This document shows, one piece after another, positions 50,101-61,607 of a stretch of DNA of 64,000 bases (positions within the stretch are counted from its first letter, which is position 1; each line of letters opens with the position of its first letter). The DNA comes from Macrostomum lignano (lineage: Eukaryota), in NCBI GenBank assembly GCA_002269645.1, contig NIVC01001873.1, positions 163,124 through 227,123 on the forward strand, in the 5' to 3' direction. The notes under the pieces were generated by a model. It saw nothing but the letters and a program-made list of their open reading frames with translations. It did no database searches and was not told where the DNA came from. Made by a program: the position numbers and the translations under genes.

Positions 50101-53100
50101 CTTTCCTCCTTACCACTATCCCCTGTCTCTTCTCTTCTCTCTTTCTATCCTCTCCATTCTCTTATCTCTCCTCTCCTCACTACTTTCCTTCTCTTAACTC
50201 TCTTATCTCTGATCTTTCATCTCTTTCCTCTCTCCTCTCTCTCTCTCTTCTCCTCTCGCTTCTCTCTCTTCTCTCTCGCCTCTCATCTATACTACCTTAT
50301 TTATATTTTCTCCCTGGTCTTTCGTCTCTACTCTCTCCTGTCTCATTTCTCCCCTCTTTCTCCTCTCTTCTCTCTCCCTCCTCTCTCATCTCTCATCCCT
50401 CATCTCACTCCTTCTTTCTCCTCTACTCTCCCCTCTTTTCTATTACCTCTGTACGCTCTTATCCCTCATCTCTATTCTCTCTCCTATCATCTCTCTTGTC
50501 TCCCTCTGCTATCTCATATCTCTCTCTCGTCTCCTCTCTTCTCTTCTCTTCTCTCTCCTTCGTTCCCGCCTTACTTACCTCTTCTCTCCCATCTGTCATG
50601 TCTAATCTCTCGTCTCATTTCTACTCTGTTTTCTACCATCTCATCTCATCTCTCTTCTCTTTTCATTCTTCTCTTTACTCTCTTCTCTGACTGATTGAAG
50701 ATGCCAAATCTATCAAGATCTTCTCCGCGAAGCAGAAATCCTGTCCGTGCAACTGAAAACCATCGAAATCCTCTCCGTGAAACTGGACTCCTTCGAAATC
50801 CTCTCCGTGAAACTGGACTCCTTCGAAATCCTCTCCGTGAAACTGGACTCCTTCGAAATCCTCTCCGTGAAACTGGACTCCTTCGAAATCCTCTCCTTGA
50901 AACTTAAATCCATCAAAATCGTCGCCATAAAGCAGAAATCAATCATTAATTATCTCCGCGAAACAGAAATCCTCTCCGTGAGGCTGAACATCATCAAAAT
51001 CCTCTCCGTGAAACTGAACGCCATCGAAATCCTCTCCACGAAACAGAAATCCTCTCCGTCAAAATTAAAACATTGAAATCGTCTCCGCTAAACTGGACTC
51101 AATCGAATTTTTTCCGTCAAACAACTCAACTCTCCGGATTCATTGGTTAGGGTTAGGGTTAGGGTTAGGGTTAGGGTTAGGGTTAGGGTTAGAACTACGC
51201 ACAGGTTTGTGTTAAAAGGCACTGATAAAAATATTGAACTAATTGAATCAATTATTTCACAGTCAGTCAGTCAATCTAAATCAACCCTCCAATACACAGC
51301 AGCAGTGAGAAGTTGAACCCTCCCCCAACTTTATCTATTACGTCTCGCAAAACTGATTACAATTTTTGCAAAAAGTTAAAAGTATGGGAATAGTTTTCCC
51401 AATGAAAAGCTTTTAGTTTTCATATAGAAAGCAAACAACTTATATCCTCGAACTCAGCGTTGCAAGATCTTTCCAGCAATATAAGTTTCTCCTCTCAAAG
51501 TTTAAAACTCGAGGAACAGTTAGCGTTTGAAATTTACCGATTTTCCGACTGCTTGCTAGAGAAGCTCGCAAGTTTATTCATTGAATTTCACTGCCTAGCT
51601 AATACACAGGGCCGATAATAAAAAAGTGAACCAATTGAATCAATTGATTGCGCAATATATTTCTGTGTTAGTCAGTATAAGTCTCAGTTAAAGTTAACAA
51701 AAAGTTTGCGCAATCTAATCAACCCTCCAATACAAAGCAACTGACCCCCTTCCTATACACAGCGCCAGTTAGAAGTCGAAACCCCCAACTTTATCTCTCA
51801 CCTCTCGCCAAAATGAGTACAATCTTTGCAGAAAGTTTAAAGTATGGAAATAGTTTTTGCAATGCAGAGCTTTTAGTTTTCTTATTTGAAGCAAACAATT
51901 TATATCCCTGAAATCAGCTTTGCAAGTTCTATCCAGCAATATAAATTTTTTCTCAAAGTTAAAAACTCGAGCAACAGTTTGCGTTTGAAACTTTCTGATT
52001 TAAAGCATTGAAATATCGATTGTACGTTCACTGCCTGCTAAAGAGGCCCGCAAGTTTATGCATTGAATTTCAAGGTTCAACAAAATCACAGGGCTGCCTA
52101 TTGAAAATTAGAACACAAATCTTTGCGCAATTGTCTATACAGTCAGCCAGTGAGCCAGGGTCCGATTGTACACAGGCAGCCATTTAGAACGCCCCATCCC
52201 CCACTGGAGAGAAAATACACTGCAGAGATAGGGAAAAGTTGTGGCGCAATCACTTGAAATTCATGCAAATTTTCAGCTCCAAGCAGAAAGAGGGGACAAT
52301 TAAGATTATCAAAGGTCAAGACCGCCGTTTTCTGCTTTTTTGAGGATCTTAGAAATTAAAATTTCAGAATTAAAATAGCCTATAGCCGACCTCGGATAAT
52401 TTCCAATCTTCCCATATAAGTTTCAACGCTGAGTTGCCACTATTCAAGGAGGAGTTGTCGAAATGACACACACACACACACACACACAGACAGACAGACA
52501 AACAACACGTCAACTTTAGTATATACGAGTGGAACTCCTCCTTCGGAGGAGAAAGGGGAAGAACTCCCATCACTGGAATTCTATTCCCTGAAATATCCAT
52601 CAACTGAAATTCCATGTCTTTAACCCTATCTTCCAAATCGTCTCCAAATTCTTTACAAAATCTTTCAAAGACCATAGCTCAAAGACTCTCAAGTCTCTCA
52701 TATCTCCTCTCTCCTCTCTCTCATCTCATCTCTACTCCTGCTCCCTTATTTATCTCTTCTCCCTCGTCTTTCGTCTGTACCTTCTCCTGTCTTCTGTCTC
52801 CTCTCTTCACTCTTATCTCTCCCTCTTCTCTCCTCTCTCATATGTCATCTCTCCTTACTTATCTATCGTCTCTCTTAACCCTCTCTCTCTTCTCTTTTCT
52901 CTCCTATCTGCTTCTCATTTCTCATATCTCATATACGCTCTCACACTCTACTTTCTTGTCTCCCATCTTTCTTTCCTCCTTACCACTATCCCCTGTCTCT
53001 TCTCTTCTCTCTTTTCTATCCTCTCCATTCTCTTATCTCTCCTCTCCTCACTACTTTCCTTCTCTTAACTCTCTTATCTCTGATCTTTCATCTCTTTCCT

Positions 53101-56100
53101 CTCTCCTCTCTCTCTCTCTTCTCCTCTCGCTTCTCTCTCTTCTCTCTCGCCTCTCATCTATACTACCTTATTTATATTTTCTCCCTGGTCTTTCGTCTCT
53201 ACTCTCTCCTGTCTCATTTCTCCCCTCTTTCTCCTCTCTTCTCTCTCCCCTCCTCTCTCATCTCTCATCCCTCATCTCACTCCTTCTTTCTCCTCTACTC
53301 TCCCCTCTTTTCTATTACCTCTGTACGCTCTTATCCCTCATCTCTATTCTCTCTCCTATCATCTCTCTTGTCTCCCTCTGCTATCTCATATCTCTCCTCT
53401 CGTCTCCTCTCTTCTCTTCTCTTCTCTCTCCTTCGTTCCCGCCTTACTCACCTCTTCTCTCCCATCTGTCATGTCTAATCTCTCGTCTCATTTCTACTCT
53501 GTTTTCTACCATCTCATCTCATCTCTCTTCTCTTTTCATTCTTCTCTTTACTCTCTTCTCTGACTGATTGAAGATGCCAAATCTATCAAGATCTTCTCCG
53601 CGAAGCAGAAATCCTGTCCGTGCAACTGAAAACCATCGAAATCCTCTCCGTGAAACTGGACTCCTTCGAAATCCTCTCCGTGAAACTGGACTCCTTCGAA
53701 ATCCTCTCCGTGAAACTGGACTCCTTCGAAATCCTCTCCGTGAAACTGGACTCCTTCGAAATCCTCTCCTTGAAACTTAAATCCATCAAAATCGTCGCCA
53801 TAAAGCAGAAATCAATCATTAATTATCTCCGCGAAACAGAAATCCTCTCCGTGAGGCTGAACATCATCAAAATCCTCTCCGTGAAACTGAACGCCATCGA
53901 AATCCTCTCCACGAAACAGAAATCCTCTCCGTCAAAATTAAAACATTGAAATCGTCTCCGCTAAACTGGACTCAATCGAATTTTTTCCGTCAAACAACTC
54001 AACTCTCCGGATTCATTGGTTAGGGTTAGGGTTAGGGTTAGGGTTAGGGTTAGGGTTAGAACTACGCACAGGTTTGTGTTAAAAGGCACTGATAAAAATA
54101 TTGAACTAATTGAATCAATTATTTCACAGTCAGTCAGTCAATCTAAATCAACCCTCCAATACACAGCAGCAGTGAGAAGTTGAACCCTCCCCCCAACTTT
54201 ATCTATTACGTCTCGCAAAACTGATTACAATTTTTGCAAAAAGTTAAAAGTATGGAATAGTTTTCCCAATGAAAAGCTTTTAGTTTTCATATAGAAAGCA
54301 AACAACTTATATCCTCGAACTCAGCGTTGCAAGATCTTTCCAGCAATATAAGTTTCTCCTCTCAAAGTTTAAAACTCGAGGAACAGTTAGCGTTTGAAAT
54401 TTACCGATTTTCCGACTGCTTGCTAGAGAAGCTCGCAAGTTTATTCATTGAATTTCACTGCCTAGCTAATACACAGGGCCGATAATAAAAAAGTGAACCA
54501 ATTGAATCAATTGATTGCGCAATATATTTCTGTGTTAGTCAGTATAAGTCTCAGTTAAAGTTAACAAAAAGTTTGCGCAATCTAATCAACCCTCCAATAC
54601 AAAGCAACTGACCCCCTTCCTATACACAGCGCCAGTTAGAAGTCGAAACCCCCAACTTTATCTCTCACCTCTCGCCAAAATGAGTACAATCTTTGCAGAA
54701 AGTTTAAAGTATGGAAATAGTTTTTGCAATGCAGAGCTTTTAGTTTTCTTATTTGAAGCAAACAATTTATATCCCTGAAATCAGCTTTGCAAGTTCTATC
54801 CAGCAATATAAATTTTTTTCTCAAAGTTAAAAACTCGAGCAACAGTTTGCGTTTGAAACTTTCTGATTTAAAGCATTGAAATATCGATTGTACGTTCACT
54901 GCCTGCTAAAGAGGCCCGCAAGTTTATGCATTGAATTTCAAGGTTCAACAAAATCACAGGGCTGCCTATTGAAAATTAGAACACAAATCTTTGCGCAATT
55001 GTCTATACAGTCAGCCAGTGAGCCAGGGTCCGATTGTACACAGGCAGCCATTTAGAACGCCCCATCCCCCACTGGAGAGAAAATACACTGCAGAGATAGG
55101 GAAAAGTTGTGGCGCAATCACTTGAAATTCATGCAAATTTTCAGCTCCAAGCAGAAAGAGGGGACAATTAAGATTATCAAAGGTCAAGACCGCCGTTTTC
55201 TGCTTTTTTGAGGATCTTAGAAATTAAAATTTCAGAATTAAAATAGCCTATAGCCGACCTCGGATAATTTCCAATCTTCCCATATAAGTTTCAACGCTGA
55301 GTTGCCACTATTCAAGGAGGACTTGTCGAAATGACAGACAGACAGACAGACAAACAACACGTCAACTTTAGTATATACGAGTGGAACTCCTCCTTCGGAG
55401 GAGAAAGGGGAAGAACTCCCATCACCGGAATTCCATTCCCTGAATTATCCATCAACTGAAATTCCATGTCTTGAACCCAATCTTCCAAATAGTCTCCAAA
55501 TTCTTTACAAAACCTTTCAAAGACCATAGCTTAAAGACTCTTACGTCTCTCATATCTACTCTCTCCTCTCTTCGCTATTATCGTGACTCGCTTCTCTCTC
55601 CTCTCTCTCATCTTATCTCTACCCCTACTCTCTTATTTATCTCTACTCCCTTATTTATCTCTACTCCCTTATTTATCCCTTATTTATTCTCCCTCTCCTG
55701 TCTACTCTCCTATCTTCTATCTTATCTCTCCCCTTTTCTCTCCTCTCTCATATCTCATCTCTAATCACTTATCTATCGTCTCCGCTCTACTTTCCCTCAT
55801 CCCTTTTCTCTCTTCTCTCTGCTCTCATTTCTCGTATCTCTTATACGCTCTCAACCTCTCCTTTCTTATCTCCCATTTTTCTTCCCTCCTTTCTACTGCA
55901 TCACCTGTCTCCTCTCCTCTCTTTTTTCTCCTCTCCATTCTCTCTTCTCTCCTCTCATCTCCCCTCATCTCTTATCTAATCTCTAATCTCTTCTCCCTCA
56001 TATCTCTTCTCTACTCACTTATCTATTCTCTCTCTTTGCTCCCCTTTTACACTTTCCTATATGCTCTCACACTCACCCTCTCCTTTCTTATCTCCTGTTT

Positions 56101-59100
56101 TTTACACTCCTTTCTACTACCTGTCTCCTCTCGTTTCTCTCCTCTCTGCACTCTCATCTTTACCCTCTTCTTTCTCCTCACTACTTTCTTCTCTTAAATC
56201 TCTGATCTCTGATCTTTCATCTCTCTTCTCTCACCTCTCTCCTCTCTTGCCTCTCTTCTATTGCCTCTGTACGCTCTTATCCCTCCTTTCTTTTCTCTCC
56301 TGTCTCCTCTCTGCTATCTCATATCTCCTCTCTCATATCCTCTCCCTTCATCTCCTCTCTCCTCTTCTCTTCTCTCTCCTTTGTTCCCGCCTTACTCCCC
56401 TCTTCTCTCCCATCTGTCATGTCTAATCTCTCCACTCATTTCTACTCTGTTTACTATCATCTCATCTCTCTCCTCTCTCCTCTCTCTCTTCTCCTTTCGC
56501 TTCTCTCTCCTCTCTCTCCTCTCATCTCTACTACCTTATTTATATCTTCTCCCTGGTCTTTTGTCTCTACTCTCTCTCTTGTCTCCTTTCTCCCCTCTTT
56601 TCTCCTCTCTTCTCTCTCCTCTCTCCCCTCCTCTCTCATCTCTCATCTCCTCATCTCACTCTTTCTTTCTCCTCTACTCTCCCCTCTCTTCTATTACCTC
56701 TGTACGCTCTTATCCCTCATCTATTCTCTCTCCTATCATCTCCAATCGGTCATGTCTAATCTCTCCACTCAATTTTACTCTATTTTCTATCATCTCTTCT
56801 CTCTTCTCTTTTCAGTCTTCTCTTTACTCTCTTCTCTGACTGATTGAAGATGCCAAATCCATCAAAATCCTCTCCGCGAAGCAAAAATCCTGTCTGTGCA
56901 ACTAAAAACCATCGAAATCCTCTCAGTGAAACTGGACTCCTTCGAAATCCTCTCCTTGAAACCTGAATCCATCAAAATTGTTTCCATAAAACAGAAATCA
57001 ATCATAAATTATCTCAGCGAAACAGAAAGCCTCTCCGTGAAGCTGAACATGATCGAAATCCTCTCCGTGAAACTGAACACCATGGAAATCCTTTCGTGAA
57101 ACTGAACATCATCGAAATCCTCTCCACGAAACAGAAATCTTCTCCGTCAGAATTTAAACATTGAAATCGTCTCCGCTAAACTTGACTTAATCGAATTTTT
57201 TCCGTCAAACAACTCAACTCGCCAGATTCATTAGGGTTAGGGTTAGGGTTAGGTTAGGGTTAGAACTACGCACAGCTTCGTGTTAAAAGGCACAGATAAA
57301 AATATTGAACTAATTGAATCAATTCATTGCGCAACCGATTTCTCAGTCAGTCAGTATCAGCCTCAGGTAAAGTTAACAAAAACATTGCGCAATCTAAATC
57401 AACACTCCAATACACAGCAGCAGTGAGAAGTTGAACCCTCCCCCCAGCTTTATCTATTACGTCTCGCAAAACTGAGTACAATCTTTGCAGCAAGTTAAAA
57501 GTATGGAAATAGTTTTTCAAATGCTGTGCTTTTTCTTTTCATATTTAAAGCAAACAACTTATATCCCCGAACTCAGCGTTGCAAGATCTTTCCAGCAATA
57601 TCAGTTTCTCCTATCAAAGTTTAAAACTCGAGGAACAGTTAGCGTTTAAAACTGTCTGATTTATTGCATTGAAGTATCGAGTGTACGTTGACTGCCTGCT
57701 TGCAAGTTGATGCATTGAATTTCAATGTCCAACAAATACACAGGGCTGCCCATTGAAAGGCAGGAAAACTTATCAGTAGCCATATCATTGCGCAATTATC
57801 TATACAGTCAGCCAGTGAGCCAGGGTCCAAGTGTACACACGCAGCCACTGAGAACGCTCCCAACCCCCACTGGAAAGAAAATACACTACAGAGATAGGGA
57901 AAAGTTGTGGCGCAATCACTAAAAATTCGTGCATTTTTCAGCTCCAAGCAGAAAGAGGGACAATTAAGATTATCAAAGGTCAAGATTCAAGTTTTCTGCT
58001 TTTTTGAGGATCTTAGAAATTAAAATTTCAGAATTAAAATAGCCTATAGCCGACCTCGGATAATTTCCAATCTTCCCATATAAGTTTCAACGCTGAGTTG
58101 GCACTATTCAAGGAGGAGTTGTCGAAATGACAGACAGACATACAGACAGACATACAGACAGACAAACAACGCGTCAACTTTAGTATATACGAGGCCAACT
58201 CCTCCTTCGGAGAAGAAAGGGGAAGAACTCCAATCAGCGGAATTCCATTCCCTGAACTCCATCAGCGGAATCCCATTTTCCAACACCTCTCCGCGCAACA
58301 GAAATCGTCTCCGTGAAACTGAACACTATCGAAATCCTCTCCGTGAAACTGAACACCATCGAAATATTCTCCGCGAAATAGAAATCCTCTCCGTGAAACT
58401 GGACTAAATCGAAATTTCTCCGTCAAACAGCCCAGCTCTCAGAATTCATTGGTTAGGGTTAGGGTTAGGGTTAGAGCTACACACAGCTGCGTGTTGAAAG
58501 GCGCCGTAAAAACATTGAACCAATTAAATTGCGCAACTTATTTCTCAGGCAGTCAGTATCAGCGTCGGTTAAAGTTAACAAAAAGATTGCGCAATCTAAA
58601 TCAGCCCTCCAATACACAGCAACCGACCCCCTTCCAATACGCAGTGCAGCTAGAAATTGAACCCCCCCTACTAACTATTGGGGGGGGGGTCGGTCGAACC
58701 CCCATTGAACTCCAAAATGAGCAAAATCTTTGCAGAAAGCTAAAAGTATGAAAATCTTTTCTTGAATGCTGTGAATTTAATTTTCATATTTAAAGCAAAA
58801 AACTTATATCCCCGAACTCATCGCAGCAAGATCTTTCCAGCAATATAAGTCTCTCCTCTCTAAGTTCAAAACTCGAGCAACAGTTAGTGTTTGAAACTTT
58901 CTGATTTTAAGCATTGAAATATCGAGTGTACGTTCACTGCCTGCTAAAGATGCTCGCAAGTTTATGCGTAAAAATGCACTGAATTTCACTGTGCAAAAAA
59001 TACACAGGGCTGCCTGTTAAAAAACAGAACACAAATAGTTGCGCAATTGTCTATAAAGTCAGCCAGTGAGCCAGGGTCCGATTGTACACACGCCGCCAAT

Positions 59101-61607
59101 GAGAACGCGCCCATTCCCCACAGGAGAGAAAACGCACTGGCGACATAGGAAAAAGTTGTGGCGTAATCACTCAAAATTTATGCCAATTTTCAGCTCCGAG
59201 CAGAAAGAGGGGACAAATAAGATTATCAAAGGTCAGAATTGCTGCTTTCTGCTTTTTTAGGGATCTTAAAATTTAAAAATGAAAGATTAAAATAGCCTAA
59301 AGCCATCCTCGGAAAATTTGCAGTTTTCCCATATAAGTTTCAACGCTGAGTTGCAAGTATTCTAGGAGGAGTTATCGAACTGACATACATACAGACAAAC
59401 AACGCACCACTTTTAGTATTAAGAGAGATTGTCTATAAAGTCAGCCAGTGAGCCAGGGTCCAATTGTACACACGCCGCCAATGAGAACGCGCCCATTCCC
59501 CCACAGGAGAGAAAATGCACTGGCGACATAGGAAAAAGTTGTGGCGTAATCACTCAAAATTCATGCAAATTTTCAGCTCCGAGCAGAAAAAGGGTACAAT
59601 TAAGATTATCAAAGGTCAGAATTGCCGTTTTCTGCTTTTTTAGGGATCTTAAAATGTAAAAATAAAAGATTAAAATAGCCTAAAGCCATCCTCGGAAAAT
59701 TTGCAGTTTTCCCACATAAGTTTCAACGCTGACTTGCAAGTATTCTAGGAGGAGTTATCCAACAAACACACACACACACAGACAAACAACGCACCAGTTT
59801 TAGTATTAAGAGATAGAGAGAGAGAGATAGATGCCTGCTAATGTGGGAGGCTCGCACGTTTATTCATTGAATTTCACTGCCGCCTCAACACCCCTAACCC
59901 GGGGGGGGGGGGTTCTATTTGCTCCATTGCTCAGTGCACACAGTTGTGGCGCAATCACAAAAAAAATTGTCAACCGGCCCGGCTACACCCCCTCAGTTAA
60001 AAGAATACACTACACAGATAGGCCAGCTGTTGTGGCGTAATCATTAAGAGTTGCGCAAGGTAATCGTAATCCCTATTGTTATACTATTTCTGCTTTTTTA
60101 GGGATCTTAAAATATGAAAATGCAGAATTTTAATCGCCTAAAGCCATCCTCGGACAATTTTCAGTTTTCCCATATAAGTTTCAACACTGACTTGCAAGTA
60201 GTCTGGGAGGAGTTATGCAACAAACGGACGCACAAATCGCACCAACTTTAGTATTAGGAGAGTGGAACTCCTCCTTCGGAGGAGAAAGGGGAAGAACTCC
60301 CATCACCGGAATTCCATTCCCTGAAATATCCATCAACTGAAATTCCATGTCTTGAACCCTATCTTCCAAATCGTCTCCAAATTCTTTAGAAAACCTTTCA
60401 AAGACCATAGCTCAAAGACTCTCACGTCTCTCATATCTACTCTCTCCACTCTGTGCTATTATCGTGACTCTCTTCTCTCTCCTCTCTCTCATCTCATCTC
60501 TACCCGTACTCCCTTATTTATGTTTTCTCCCTCGTCTTTCGTCTGTACCCTCTCCTGTCTCTTGTCTCCTCTCTTCTCTCATATCTCTCCTCTTCACTTC
60601 TGTCTCCTGTCTTCTCTCTTCTCTCTTATCTCTCCCTCTTCTCTCCTCTTTTATATGTCATCCCTATTCACTTATCTATCGTCTCTCTTAACCCTCTCTC
60701 TCTTCTCTTTTCTTTCCTCTCTGCTCTCATTTCTCATATCTCATATACGCTCTCACACTCCACTTACTTGTCTCCAATCTTTCTTTCCTCCTTTCCACTT
60801 TTCCCTGTCTCTTCTCTTCTCTCTTTTCTATCCTCTCCATTCTCTCTTTTCTCCTCCCCTTGCTCCTTTTATCTTCTCCCCTCTCTTCTCTAATCTCTTC
60901 TCTCTTCTCTCTTATGTTCTCACTCATCTCTTATCATCGCATCTCTCATCTCTCCTCTCCTCACTACTTTCCTCTCTTAACTCTCTTATCTATTTCATCT
61001 CTCTCCTCTCTCCTCTTTCTCTTCTCCTCTCGCTTCTTCTCTCGCTTCTCTCTCCTATCTCTCCTCTCATCTCTACTACCGTATTTATATCTTCTAACTG
61101 GTCCTTCGTCTCTACTCTCTCCTTTCTCCTTTCTCCCTCTTTTCTCCTTTCTTGTCTCTCCTGTCTCCCCTCCTCTCTCATCCCTCATCCCCTCATCTCA
61201 CTCTTTCTTTCTCCTCTACTCTCCCCTCTCTTCTATTTTCTCTGTACGCTCTTATCCCTAATCTATTTTCTCTCCTCTCTCCTCTTTTCTACTCTCTCCC
61301 TCTTCGTTCCCGCCTAAATCCCCTCTTCTCTCCAATCTGTCATGTCTAATATCTCCACTTATTTCTACTCTGTTTTCTATCATCTCATCTCTCTTCTGCT
61401 TTCATTTTCTCTTTACTCTTTTCTCTGACTGATTGAAGATGCCAAATCCATCAAGATCCTCTCCGCGAAGCAGAAATCCTGTCCGTGCAACTGAAAACCA
61501 TCGAAATTCTCTCTTTTAAACTGGACTCAATCGAAATTTTCTCCGTCAAAAAAATAAATATCAGGATTCATTGGTTAGGGTTATTGTTAGGGTTAGGGTT
61601 AGGGTTA
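22859..61607 (+). repeat. 17 short interstitial telomeric tracts (TTAGGG)2-7, about one per array unit
   Basis: Tracts near 22860, 25240, 26450, 28280, 30710, 32670, 35450, 38235, 41045, 43825, 46250, 48220, 51147 (7 copies), 54020 (6 copies), 57235, 58452 and 61575. All have the G-rich strand on +. Confidence 0.95.

Noticed and set aside
23194-57983. Recurrent ~74-aa ORF (MGAFSVAACVHLDPGSLAD...) in nine or more units
   Set aside because: Its conservation follows overall unit identity. It is disrupted in diverged units, usually starts at a non-ATG codon, and has no Rep or helicase motifs.
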